Assembly (NCBI GenBank): GCA_964016885.1
Contig: OZ024742.1
Coordinates: 341,496,001 to 341,560,000, forward strand
DNA from: Eledone cirrhosa
Taxonomy: Eukaryota
Direction: 5' to 3'
DNA: 64,000 bases
Both the position numbers and the translations under genes were made by a program. The notes below the pieces were generated by a model that was not told the DNA's origin, ran no database searches, and was given only the letters and a program-made list of their open reading frames with translations. This document shows, in pieces, positions 24,749 to 38,700 of the stretch; position 1 is the stretch's first letter; each line of letters opens with the position of its first letter.

Positions 24749-24803
24749 ACTACCTGAAGAGGTCACAGCCAAAGATGGCTGTCACCGAAATATATATAGC
24801 AGT
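24749..24803 (+). ncRNA. Type I hammerhead ribozyme motif (family A) in the Penelope-like 3' UTR
   Basis: Reads ACTAC-CTGAAGA-GGTCACAGCC..GGCTGTCACC-GAAA-TATATAT-A-GCAGT, with one stem I mismatch. Confidence 0.78.
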
Positions 24804-24847
24804 AATAAACGAAGCTAAATTTTAAACTTATTTATTTTATTTTATTT

Positions 24848-24929
<82 letters not shown>

Positions 24930-24954
24930 GTAGATAAATCTACCAAAATATACG

Positions 24955-25131
24955 GTAGTGTATATATATGTGTAGGTATGTATACTCCCTCTGATAGTTT
25001 GTAAAAATTTTTACATAGTTCTATATGATATACATACCAACACACACATATATATCCTAGAAACGATCGTAAAATGATGAATTTTTTAATATAAGGAACT
25101 GTTTCTTTGTTTTTATTCATTACTTTTATTA

Positions 25132-25135
<4 letters not shown>
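24955..25135 (+). repeat. 5'-truncated relative of the 2144-2355 hammerhead-bearing repeat
   Basis: Shares CCTAGAAACGATCGT.AAAT.ATGAA and TTTAATATAAGGAACTGTTTC.TTGTTTT. It lacks the CTGAAGA core and ends in (TA)n. Confidence 0.7.
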
Positions 25136-25170
<35 letters not shown>

Positions 25171-25212
25171 CAGATACATATATATATATATATATGTGTG
25201 TGTGTGTATGTA

Positions 25213-25299
<87 letters not shown>

Positions 25300-25393
25300 T
25301 GTGTGTATGTATGTATATATATATATATACATATATATATGTGTGTGTGTGTGTGTGTGTATACATATATCTTTATGTGTATATTTATATATA

Positions 25394-25443
<50 letters not shown>

Positions 25444-25444
25444 T

Positions 25445-25509
<65 letters not shown>

Positions 25510-25554
25510 TATATGTATATACATATATCTGTGTGTGTACATTTATATATATTA

Positions 25555-28500
25555 TTGGCTCCCTCGCTTGAGCACTCTATTGACTTATATTCATCATGCA
25601 GAAACAACATCTGAATATTTCTACAAAGAACATACTCCTACCAAGCAGGAAAACATACCTAAAACTCCTGATACAGAAAACAGACGTGTTGATCAAAAGG
25701 TTGCGTTGGCGTGCCTTTTATTTCGATAATCAGGGAAAAACAGGCAACAAACAGGATAAATTTGGGTTTCAAACCTATAATAACCCTCCGAGTAACCCAG
25801 CAATGCTACACTTCGAAAATGATGTCTTGGAACTCATACGGAGTATCAAATTTTGGAATAGGAGCAATTCCTTCCAGCAGGACCTGAAGAATAGAATTCG
25901 TTCTATTAACTATTCTAATGCCGTGCACGTCCACTCCGACAAAACTGGTTATCTATATCAAGTGGGGCGCAGTACTTACCATCAACTGCTACATAATGCT
26001 GTAACTAAGGATTACCGTAAAACTAATCGGAGCGTCATTAATGAAATCAACGATGCTGGGTTTACAATCACCTCTGATCTCAACATCCTGGACCGGACTG
26101 AACCTCTGGACCCTATTTCTCCCCACTTTACCCTGAAGGATCACAAATCCAATTTCCCGAACAACCTCTCTATTCGGCTTATTAACCCTACGAAGTCCGA
26201 TTTAGGTAGACTTAGTAAAAGGATTTTAGATAGAATTATACCTGAAATTAGAAGTTTGGCCCCTCTTGCACTGTGGAACAATTCTTTCGCGGTGACTGAT
26301 TGGTTCAACGGCATATGCAACAAGGAACATTACCGTTTGATCCAATTCGACATCAATAATTACTACTCCTCCATCACTTTACCACTTCTTCTTAGAGCTA
26401 TCAATTTCGCTAAAACACTCACAGTGGTTAAGGATTTCGAAGTTGATGTCATCCTCAATGCCCGTAAGTCGGTGATTAATTTCGACGACTCTATTTGGAT
26501 TAAAAAATATAATAGTACCCCATTCGACGTGAGTATGGGCGCCAGCGATTCTGCAGAGGTTACTGCTCTTATCGGCCTTTTCCTTCTTTTCTCCATCAAG
26601 GAAGAATTCCCCAACGTGGGCGGTGGTTTGTACCGTGATGACGGGCTTTTGACCATGACAAAGTGCGGCGCACGTTCTTGCGACAGGTTCAGAAAAGAAC
26701 TCACAGCCTTCTTTAAAGGCTTCAACCTCTCCATACAGGTTGAGGCCAACCTCTCGGTCGTTAATTACCTCGACGTTACCCTCAATTTGTCGAATGGCTT
26801 GCTCTACCCGTATAGAAAGCCGAATGATACGCTTAATTACATAAGTAAGCATTCTAACCATCCGGCCAGCATAACCAAGAACCTGGTAAGAAACGTTTCT
26901 TTGAGGCTTTCCCGTCCATCTACAAACGAGCATATTTTCAACGACCATTCCACATATTACAGTAAAGCTCTCGCTCGGAGTGGATTTGTCGATAAGGTAG
27001 CATATACAGAGTACGAGAATAGACCTAGGAAAATAGATCCCGACGCATTATATGGTATAACACACCATATAATATGAAGGTGGCCACACCATTAGCTAAG
27101 ATCTTTGTCTCCCTTATTATGAAGCATTTCCCCCAGCACATAAATATAGTAAAATTTTTAATAGAAATACCATTAAAATTTCTTACTCTACCACTAACCT
27201 TGCACATAACATCACAGCTTCAAATTTAGCTAAATTACCTAGCCGTAGCAGCACGTGCAATCCTGTAGCTAGTACTAACTGTAATTGTAGGAATCGGGTT
27301 GACTGCCCCCTATCCGGGAAATGCCTCTCTAGTAGCATTGTCTACAAATGTAAGATTGAAACACCCACGTCCCGTAGGGCCTACATAGGCTTAACCGCCA
27401 ATAGATTCAAGCAGCGTCTTTACATGCATACCCATTCTTTTCTTAACCTATTAGGAAGGAATATGACGTCACATTCAGCTTATATCTGGAGTCTAAAAGA
27501 CAACCACACCCAATATAAGTTACACTGGGAGATCCTAGCTAGGGCTAGATCGTATAACGAAATAAAAGACCATGTGACCTCTGCGCCGCTGAGTCACTGG
27601 GAATACTCTACGTCAAAGACCACATCTTAAACAAACCATCTGAGGCAATTTCGGCTTGTAAACATAAATTGCACAAAACTTTCCTGTATTACAGCCCCAC
27701 ATTATACCCTAACGGATAGTACGAACTATACGCGGATATTTTACGTCATGATGTGGTAGCTAAGTATATGTTATGTTTATACCATTACTTATTTGAATAG
27801 GTAAGTATATATTACCTGTATGTTTTGTGAAGGTACGTATACATTCTCGTACGTATATTTGCTTGTATATGTTATGGCGTATATATTATATATACTGGTA
27901 CATGTGCATTTGGTTATGTGTATACGTGAGTATGCGGATTCGTACGTATGTAGGGTGTGTGTTTATGTGTACTTTGTGTTTTGGTTGACGTACGTCTGCG
28001 AACATATATTGTATTTACATGTAGGTATGTGTGTGCGCGCGTTATATATGTATTTATGTGTGTATATTTATATACGTTTATTTAATTATGTATACACGCA
28101 CACGCACACACATATATATATTTTTTATATATATGTTATGTGTATTTGGTGTATAGGTTCGTATGTGTGCGTCGCGTGCGTTCTGTATGTGCGTGCGTGT
28201 GTTTTTGTGTACGTGCTTGTGTTTGCATACCATGGCGAGTGCTTTCGCGTATGCTTGAGTATGTACGTATATGGCTGCGTGTATGTATATATTTAATTTC
28301 AATTACTTCTGTATTTTATTTACTTTATTCTTAACTCTGAAGCCGAGAATCATTCGGTTTCCTGAATAGAATTTTAGTCTACAACCTTAGTTATACCATT
28401 TAATGACGTATTATCTTCGTTTTTTTTTCTGTTCTTTGCCAGGGAACGTTTCCACGAACCAAAGTATCATCTTTCTGTCTTCTTTCGGTTGCAACGTGTT

Positions 28501-28701
28501 TTGAAATATTTACTTCTGCGTTCACAGATTGACTTTATTAGTTTCAGAAGATCCCGTTAAGGGTGAAAGCAGCGATTCTTTGCTTAAACTTTAATCTGTT
28601 ATTTTAATAAATATTTGCTCTACAGTTCTTATATATTTTATATATATTTATCCTTATCGAGCCCTCTTTGGGTTTTAGTCTTCAAATTTATTATTATTAC
28701 T
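25555..28701 (+). mobile_element. Apparently full-length Penelope-like element 2, a distinct family
   Basis: Has a short leader, an RT ORF, a frameshifted GIY-YIG and a long TG-rich 3' UTR. The terminus ...TTCAAATTTATTATTATTAC runs into (TA)n. Confidence 0.9.
25596..27712 (+). pseudogene. Penelope-like RT + GIY-YIG polyprotein; RT part open for 493 codons, then frameshifted
   Basis: RT-part motifs are [47 protein letters not shown] and GGGLYRDDG. From ~27280 it reads CNCRNRVDCPLSGKCL..IVYKC..AYIGLTANRFKQRLYMH, and later CDLC. Confidence 0.9.
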
Positions 28702-28741
28702 ATATCTATATATATATATATATATATGTATATGTGTTTAT

Positions 28742-28837
<96 letters not shown>

Positions 28838-28850
28838 GTGTATATATGTA

Positions 28851-28916
<66 letters not shown>

Positions 28917-28919
28917 TAC

Positions 28920-28955
<36 letters not shown>

Positions 28956-28959
28956 GTAT

Positions 28960-29170
28960 GAATGTAGCGAAGATAATACGTCACCAATGACGTGTTCGTC
29001 AGAATGTCGTAATGCAGACAGTCAGGCATACAGACATATATTATAAGGGCTCGACGGAGATCGATAACCGGCGCCTAACACTCCTTTAACAACAGAAAAT
29101 TGAAAAATAAAAGCTGCAGTTAAAATCTTTAGACCGCAAGGAATATATAAATGCAAGTTTGAAGTCAATC
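28960..29170 (+). repeat. Second, truncated copy of the 18293 dispersed repeat
   Basis: GAATGTAGCGAAGATAATACGTCA...GCAAGTTTG.AGTCAAT matches 18293-18502. Confidence 0.85.
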
Positions 29171-29907
29171 CGAGTAGAAATGTGGATTTGTATAGACTTT
29201 GCAAAAATGAGGACACACACACAGACAACAACAGTTTTATATATATGTATAGATATATATGTGTGTGTGTGTGTATAAATCTGTTATTTTAATAAATATA
29301 TATTATATATGTATATATGTCAGGTCACCAGTTGGTGCTACTGGTAACATGTATCCCAGTACAACCTGTCTCATGGTCGGGTCGTTGGCGACTAAACTGG
29401 CAACCCCACCAACGTTTTTGGTGAGGAGGGTGACTTTGGACATCCTGCAGGACTAAAAACAAAACCTGTCAAAGGGCAAAGGAGCTCTTAAGCGTCAATG
29501 GCAATCCAAAATCACCGGCAGAGATGACCCTTTAGCCTTTGTCAAGGCAGAATTCTATGAGAAGGAAAACTCTGATATAACACCTCCAATGATGTTGACT
29601 TGTTCTTCTTTTTGGTAAATATCATCTTGGTTAAGAGAGTGGGACTGGCTTTGTGCAGTGTCTTTGCTCACTATAAAAGCTTCACAGCACAGGCATTTCT
29701 TTATAGCTGGAGATCTCTCTGCACTTGTCATCACATGGTACCATGGGCCCAGCACTATGTGTCAATAATTGTCATAAGTGTAGTGTTTGTACCAGAGTTT
29801 TCAAGTCGCTGGCTGGACTAAAAAGTCACACTCGTTCAGCGCATCGGTAGGGGTTCTCCTACATGGATATAAAGTAGTGGCCGTACTCGAAAACGAGTTG
29901 GCAGTCA

Positions 29908-30063
<156 letters not shown>

Positions 30064-30424
30064 GGAGAGTCAACGGCCATCCAATAAAGTTTCCCTTTTT
30101 TGTGGAGCGAGAGACGCCTAGTCTTCATTAAGACATCTCTCTAGGTGAATGTTACCCTGATATAAAACCTGCGACTTCATTTGCATCCAATGACGTACAC
30201 CAATTCTACTGTTTGGGTAAATGCATTCGATGTTTAGAGTTGGATTGGCCCCGTACAAAGCCTTTCCTCGCTTCAAAACGCTTCAAGCAAAGGCATCGCT
30301 TGATATAACATTTTTTGCAATGCATGGTATTGCTGGCCATAGCAGGACTAAAAAGCCATGTACGTGATGTTCATGCTTAAGTATCAAGCTATAGCATTAT
30401 TCGAAATCGAGTTGCAGCCATCAC

Positions 30425-30478
<54 letters not shown>

Positions 30479-30480
30479 AT

Positions 30481-30808
<328 letters not shown>

Positions 30809-31171
30809 TGTATATATATATAGGGAAGAGAAAGGAAAGACCCTATGACCCTTTTCAGTACCTGGTGGGAAATTAGGAGGTATGGAGGAAAGAAGGATGA
30901 TATATTCAAACTGAGGACTGCCTGAATGTTTCCAACAGTATGAATTCTGTTAATGGCACCCAAGTGCCAACTAGTGGTCTCAAACAAGGCGACGTATTAT
31001 GTCTACGTTCCATGTACACTACAGCATGATTTGAACATTGAACGCAAATTGTATTAACAAATATTGCGAGGCGTGACGCAAAAAGCCACCAAAATACCGC
31101 TAAATACCTTCTTTTGCTCTGCAACTATTCCATTCATCCAACACCCTGGACATCCTCGGAAGTAGGAACAA

Positions 31172-31270
31172 GAAAGTTGATCTCGGCCGGATTTGAACTC
31201 AGAGTGCAAAATCTCGGAATAATTTCAACATGGCATTTTGTTCAACTATATAAGAATTCTGCAAATTCAT
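31172..31270 (-). mobile_element. Degenerate SINE-like fragment
   Basis: AAAGTTGATCTCGGCCGGATTTGAACTCAGA resembles 9937-9966. Confidence 0.5.
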
Positions 31271-31504
31271 TGAAAAATATTCCTTTTAAATTATATATTA
31301 AATATAACACTAAAAAGCAGATATATTCAGAATGCCCTAACAAATTTGGCATCATTTGAAGTCTAATAACAACCAATTCTCGCTCAAATATTCTCAAAGT
31401 TTAACAAAATGTGTAAACATTAACCAGGGTTAATGTTTTATGTTTTCTTTCTACCAGGGAGATGAATCAGTCGTGCCAGTGATAAAGACAATGAGCTGCT
31501 GAAA

Positions 31505-31713
31505 TTACCACCACGTTTACCTGAATTGACACCTTGTGATTTTACTCTATGGGGCTGGTCTACATTCCCCTCTTCCTACAACCCTAGAGGAACTGAAGCA
31601 GAGAATCGCTGGAGCCTGTTACGCAAGACATGCTACAACGTGTTTGGAAGAAGCTGGACTACAGACTTGACGTATGTCATGTCACAGGCGGTGCGCATAT
31701 TGAGCATTTGTGA
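31505..31713 (+). pseudogene. Tc1/mariner-superfamily transposase C-terminal remnant
   Basis: Across frameshifts it reads LPPRLPELTPCDFTLWG (compare the WPPRSPDLTPCDFFLWG catalytic-end motif), LPTTLEELKQRI and VTQDMLQRVWKKLDYRLDVCHVTGGAHIEHL*. Confidence 0.75.
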
Positions 31714-32139
31714 AGCTTTGTGAAACCGGTTATAAAATTTTCATCCATCAGAATCTCTCGTTCGAACTTTGATACACAAATCTCGTATTGTTCAACAGGA
31801 AGCCTATTTAATTTCGCCTGGGATATCTAGTTATTCAGATATTTACATCCCAATTGATTTACATCTCGAATGATTAGTAAGCTATTCATCGTTTCTAATA
31901 TATAGAGTAATAAGACATGTTTACGTGTTAACATATATATACATTTTCCCCAGCTTTGATTATATCCTGTAATGTTTCTATATATATATATACGAATATA
32001 TAATATTCGGTTTAAGCATAGATTTCTTATTTTATAAATATATTTATAGAAGTTGGATGATTTTTGTGCGTGTATTCATTTCTCTTTCTCAAGAATATAG
32101 TATTCGACCTGAAATGTTTTTTTATATTTTACAGTCGAT

Positions 32140-32395
32140 ATATTGGCAGAATCGTTAGGGTAGTTCTTCTGGTTCCCTGTTTTGGGGGTTCTAATTCCGT
32201 GGGGGTCATTTTTTACTTTTTAACCTTTCGAGGGTCGATAAATAAGATATAACTTCAGTGGTTTGGGATTACCAGAATTGTTCAAGTGTCTGGCAGAATA
32301 TTCTACAGTATTTGAACTCAAAGCACAGAAAATTAGAATGAAAACTGGAAGGCATTTTATCCAATGCTCTAACGACTTTCCTAATTCACCGCTTA
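32140..32395. mobile_element. Two degenerate SINE-like fragments in opposite orientations
   Basis: TTGGCAGAATCGTTAG...CCTTTCGAGGGTCGATAAATAAG on plus, and TTTGAACTC...CTAACGACTTTCCTAATTCACCGC representing a minus-strand head. Confidence 0.45.
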
Positions 32396-32719
32396 TAACC
32401 CATGGCCGCTCAATAAAGAGAAAGATGTTTATAATGGTGAGCTAAAAGAAGAAACGCAAGACATACTTTATTTTGTCATTTTTATTTCGAGATATTGACC
32501 AAACATGAGGTTCACAAGTAAAACAGTCAAGAAAATCCCTTAGGATATGCAAATATTATAGGATATGCAAATATTATAAGAGTTCATATTTTTATTTCTT
32601 GATCAAAGCCAATGAAATGTTAACACAAAAACATTTACATCTAAACTTTTTTTAAAGTTTATTTGTCTCAGAAATTATTTTGTTATTTTCGCCAGACACC
32701 GATTAAAAAAGCAAAACAC

Positions 32720-35700
32720 TCTTGTTAGTGTGATAGGGATATATCTTGTTAGTATGGTAGGGATATATCTTGTTAGTGTGATAGGGATATATCTTGTTAG
32801 TGTGGTAGTGATATATCTTGTTAGTATGGTAGGATATATCTTGTTAGTGAGATAGGGATATATCTTGTTAGTATGGTAGGGATATATCTTGTTAGTGTGA
32901 TAGGGATATATCTTGTTAGTGTGATAGGGATATATCTTGTTAGTGTGATAGGGATATATCTTGTTAGTGTGGTAGGGATATATCTTGTTAGTGTGATAGA
33001 GATATATCTTATTAGTATGGTAGAGATATATCTTGTTAGTGTGATAGGGATATATCTTGTTAGTGTGGTAGGGATATATCTTGTTAGTGTGGTAGGGATA
33101 TATCTTGTTAGTGTGATAGGGATATATCTTGTTAGTATGGTAGGGATATATCTTGTTAGTGTGGTAGTGATATATCTTGTTAGTGTGATAGGGATATATC
33201 TTGTTAGTGTGATAGGGATATATCTTGTTAGTGTGGTAGTGATATATCTTGTTAGTGTGGTAGGGATATATCCTGTTAGTATGATAGGATATATCTTGTT
33301 AGTGTGATAGGGATATATCTTGTTAGTGTGATACGGATATATCTTGTTAGTGTGATAGGGATATATCTTGTTAGTGTGATAGGGATATATCTTGTTAGTG
33401 TGATAGGGATATATCTTGTTAGTATGATAGGATATATCTTGTTAGTGTGATAGGGATATATCTTGTTAGTATGATAGGATATATCTTGTTAGTGTGATAG
33501 GGATATATCTTGTTAGTGTGATAGGGATATATCTTGTTAGTGCGATAGGGATATATCTTGTTAGTGAGGTAGGGATATATCTTGTTAGTGTGGTAGGGAT
33601 ATATCTTGTTAGTGAGGTAGGGATATATCTTGTTAGTGTGATAGGGATATATCTTGTTAGTGTGATAGGGATATATCTTGTTAGTATGATAGGATATATC
33701 TTGTTAGTGTGGTAGGGATATATCTTGTTAGTGTGGTAGGGAAATATCTTGTTAGTGTGATAGGGATATATCTTGTTAGTATGGTAGGGATATATCTTGT
33801 TAGTGTGATAGGGATATATCTTGTTAGTGTGGTAGGGATATATCTTGTTAGTGTGGTAGTGATATATCTTGTTAGTGTGATAGGGATATATCTTGTTAGT
33901 ATGGTAGGGATATATCTTGTTACTGTGATAGGGATATATCTTGTTAGTGTGATAGGGATATATCTTGTTAGTATGGTAGGGATATATCTTGTTAGTGTGA
34001 TAGGTATATATCTTGTTAGTGTGATAGGGATATATCTTGTTAGTATGGTAGTGATATATCTTGTTAGTGTGATAGGGATATATCTTGTTAGTATGGTAGG
34101 GATATATCCGGTTAGTGTGATAGTATATATCTTGTTAGCGTGATAGGGATATATCTTGTTAGTATGGTAGGGATATATCTTGTTAGTGTCATAGGGATAT
34201 ATCTTGTTAGTGTGACAGGGATATATCTTGTTAGTGTGATAGGGATATATCTTGTTAGTGTGATAGGGATATATCTTGTTAGGGTGATAGGGATATATCT
34301 TGTTAGTAGGGTAGGGATATATCTTGTTAGTGTGATAGGGATATATCTTGTTAGTGTGATAGAGATATATCTTGTTAGTGTGGTAGGGATATATCTTGTT
34401 AGTATGGTAGGAATATATCTTTTTAGTATGGTAGGGATATATCTTGTTAGTGTGATAGGGATATATCGTGTTAGTGTGATAGAGATATATCTTGTTAGTG
34501 TGGTAGGGATATATCTTGTTAGTAGTGTAGGGATATATCTTGTTAGTGTGGTAGAGATATATCTTGTTAGTATGGTAGGGATATATCTTGTTAGTATGAT
34601 AGGGATATATCTTGTTAGTGTGGTAGGGATATATCTTGTTAGTATGGTAGGGATATATCTTGTTAGTGTGATAGGGATATATCTTGTTAGTGTGATAGGG
34701 ATATATCTTGTTAGTGTGATAGGGATATATCTTGTTAGTGTGATAGGGATATATCTTGTTAGTGTGGTAGGGATATATCTTGTTAATGTCATAGGGATAT
34801 ATCTTGTTAGTGTGGTAGGGATATATCTTGTTAGTGTGGTAGGGATATATCTTGTTAGAGTGGAAGTGATATATCTTGTTAGTGTGATAGAGATATATCT
34901 TGTTAGTGTGGTAGGGATATATCTTGTTAGTGTGATAGGGATATATCTTGTTAGTATGGTAGGGATATATCTTGTTAGTGTGATAGGGATATATCTTGTT
35001 AGTGTGATAGGGATATATCTTGTTAGTATGGTAGTGATATATCTTGTTAGTGTGATAGGGATATATCTTTTTAGTATGGTAGGGATATATCTTGTTAGTG
35101 TGATAGGGATATATCTTGTTAGTATGGTAGGGATATATCTTGTTAGTATGATAGGGATATATCTGGTTAGTGTCATAGGGATATATCTTGTTAGTGTGAC
35201 AGGGATATATCTTGTTATTGTGAAAGGGATATATCTTGTTAATGTGATAGCGATATATCTTGTTAGTATGGTAGTGATATATCTTGTTAGTGTGATAGGG
35301 ATATATCTTGTTAGTATGATAGGGATATATCTTTTTAGTATGGTAGGGATATATCTTGTTAGTGTGATAGGGATATATCGTGTTAGTGTGATAGAGATAT
35401 ATCTTGTTAGTGTGGTAGGGATATATCTTGTTAGTATGGTAGTGATATATCTTGTTAGTATGGTAGGGATATATCTTGTTAGTGTGATAGGGATATATCT
35501 TGTTAGTGTGATAGGGATATATCTTGTTAGTGTGATAGGGATATATCTTGTTAGTGTGGTAGGGATATATCTTGTTAGTATGGTAGAGATATATCTTGTT
35601 AGTGTGAAAGGGATATATCTTGTTGGTGTGATAGGGATATATCTTGTTAGTATGATAGGGATATATCTTGTTAGTATGGTAGGGATATATCTTGTTAGTG

Positions 35701-38700
35701 TGATAGGGATATATCTTGTTAGTGTGATAGAGATATATCTTGTTAGTGTGGCAGGGATATATCTTGTTAGTATAGTAGTGATATATCTTGTTAGTATGGT
35801 AGGGATATATCTTGTTAATGTCATAGGGATATATCTTGTTAGTGTGGTAGGGATATATCTTGTTAGTGTGGTAGGGAAATATCTTGTTAGTGTGATAGGG
35901 ATATATCTTGTTAGTATGGTAGGGATATATCTTGTTTGTGTGATAGGGATATATCTTGTTAGTGTGGTAGGGATATATCTTGTTAGTGTGGTAGTGATAT
36001 ATCTTGTTAGTGTGATAGGGATATATCTTGTTAGTATGGTAGGGATATATCTTGTTACTGTGATAGGGATATATCTTCTTAGTGTGATAGGGATATATCT
36101 TGTTAGTATGGTAGGGATATATCTTGTTAGTGTGATAGGTATATATCTTGTTAGTGTGATAGGGATATATCTTGTTAGTATGGTAGTGATATATCTTGTT
36201 AGTGTGATAGGGATATATCTTGTTAGTATGGTAGGGATATATCCGGTTAGTGTGATAGTATATATCTTGTTAGCGTGATAGGGATATATCTTGTTAGTAT
36301 GGTAGGGATATATCTTGTTAGTGTCATAGGGATATATCTTGTTAGTGTGACAGGGATATATCTTGTTAGTGTGATAGGGATATATCTTGTTAGTGTGATA
36401 GGGATATATCTTGTTAGGGTGATAGGGATATATCTTGTTAGTAGGGTAGGGATATATCTTGTTAGTGTGATAGGGATATATCTTGTTAGTGTGATAGAGA
36501 TATATCTTGTTAGTGTGGTAGGGATATATCTTGTTAGTATGGTAGGAATATATCTTTTTAGTATGGTAGGGATATATCTTGTTAGTGTGATAGGGATATA
36601 TCGTGTTAGTGTGATAGAGATATATCTTGTTAGTGTTGTAGGGATATATCTTGTTAGTAGTGTAGGGATATATCTTGTTAGTGTGGTAGAGATATATCTT
36701 GTTAGTATGGTAGGGATATATCTTGTTAGTATGATAGGGATATATCTTGTTAGTGTGGTAGGGATATATCTTGTTAGTATGGTAGGGATATATCTTGTTA
36801 GTGTGATAGGGATATATCTTGTTAGTGTGATAGGGATATATCTTGTTAGTGTGATAGGGATATATCTTGTTAGTGTGATAGGGATATATCTTGTTAGTGT
36901 GGTAGGGATATATCTTGTTAATGTCATAGGGATATATCTTGTTAGTGTGGTAGGGATATATCTTGTTAGTGTGGTAGGGATATATCTTGTTAGAGTGGAA
37001 GTGATATATCTTGTTAGTGTGATAGAGATATATCTTGTTAGTGTGGTAGGGATATATCTTGTTAGTGTGATAGGGATATATCTTGTTAGTATGGTAGGGA
37101 TATATCTTGTTAGTGTGATAGGGATATATCTTGTTAGTGTGATAGGGATATATCTTGTTAGTATGGTAGTGATATATCTTGTTAGTGTGATAGGGATATA
37201 TCTTTTTAGTATGGTAGGGATATATCTTGTTAGTGTGATAGGGATATATCTTGTTAGTATGGTAGGGATATATCTTGTTAGTATGATAGGGATATATCTG
37301 GTTAGTGTCATAGGGATATATCTTGTTAGTGTGACAGGGATATATCTTGTTATTGTGAAAGGGATATATCTTGTTAATGTGATAGCGATATATCTTGTTA
37401 GTATGGTAGTGATATATCTTGTTAGTGTGATAGGGATATATCTTGTTAGTATGATAGGGATATATCTTTTTAGTATGGTAGGGATATATCTTGTTAGTGT
37501 GATAGGGATATATCGTGTTAGTGTGATAGAGATATATCTTGTTAGTGTGGTAGGGATATATCTTGTTAGTATGGTAGTGATATATCTTGTTAGTATGGTA
37601 GGGATATATCTTGTTAGTGTGATAGGGATATATCTTGTTAGTGTGATAGGGATATATCTTGTTAGTGTGAGAGGGATATATCTTGTTAGTGTGGTAGGGA
37701 TATATCTTGTTAGTATGGTAGAGATATATCTTGTTAGTGTGAAAGGGATATATCTTGTTGGTGTGATAGGGATATATCTTGTTAGTATGATAGGGATATA
37801 TCTTGTTAGTATGGTAGGGATATATCTTGTTAGTGTGATAGGGATATATCTTGTTAGTGTGATAGAGATATATCTTGTTAGTGTGGCAGGGATATATCTT
37901 GTTAGTATAGTAGTGATATATCTTGTTAGTATGGTAGGGATATATCTTGTTAGTGTGATAGGGATATATCTGGTTAGTGTGGTAGGGATATATCTTGTTA
38001 GTATGGCAGGGATATATCTTGTTAGTGTGGTAGGGATATATCTTGTTAGTGTGATAGGGACATATCTTGTTAGCGTGATAGGGATATATCTTGTTAGTAT
38101 GGTAGGGATATATCTTGTTAGTGTCATAGGGATATATCTTGTTAGTGTGACAGGGATATATCTTGTTAGTGTGATAGGGATATATCTTGTTAGTGTGATA
38201 GGGATATATCTTGTTAGGGTGATAGGGATATATCTTGTTAGTAGGGTAGGGATATATCTTGTTAGTGTGATAGGGATATATCTTGTTAGTGTGATAGAGA
38301 TATATCTTGTTAGTGTGGTAGGGATATATCTTGTTAGTATGGTAGGAATATATCTTTTTAGTATGGGAGGGATATATCTTGTTAGTGTGATAGGGATATA
38401 TCGTGTTAGTGTGATAGAGATATATCTTGTTAGTGTGGTAGGGATATATCTTGTTAGTAGTGTAGGGATATATCTTGTTAGTGTGGTAGAGATATATCTT
38501 GTTAGTATGATAGGGATATATCTTGTTAGTGTGGTAGGGATATATCTTGTTAGTGTGGTAGGGATATATCTTGTTAATGTCATAGGGATATATCTTGTTA
38601 GTGTGGTAGGGATATATCTTGTTAGTGTGGTAGGGATATATCTTGTTAGAGTGGAAGTGATATATCTTGTTAGTGTGATAGAGATATATCTTGTTAGTGT

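Larger units (their letters stand above)
22609..24853 (+). mobile_element. Inverted partial copy of Penelope-like element 1 (linker, GIY-YIG and 3' UTR)
   Basis: Near-identical reverse complement of ~19400-20850 plus the 3' UTR. It begins with 32 nt of the element's own 5' leader. Confidence 0.9.

Noticed and set aside
28545-28580. Hammerhead-like CAGAAGA-TCCCGTTAAGGGT-GAAA in the PLE 2 3' UTR
   Set aside because: It is in the expected position, but the core is CAG rather than CTG and stems I and III cannot be drawn. Not called without a consensus.
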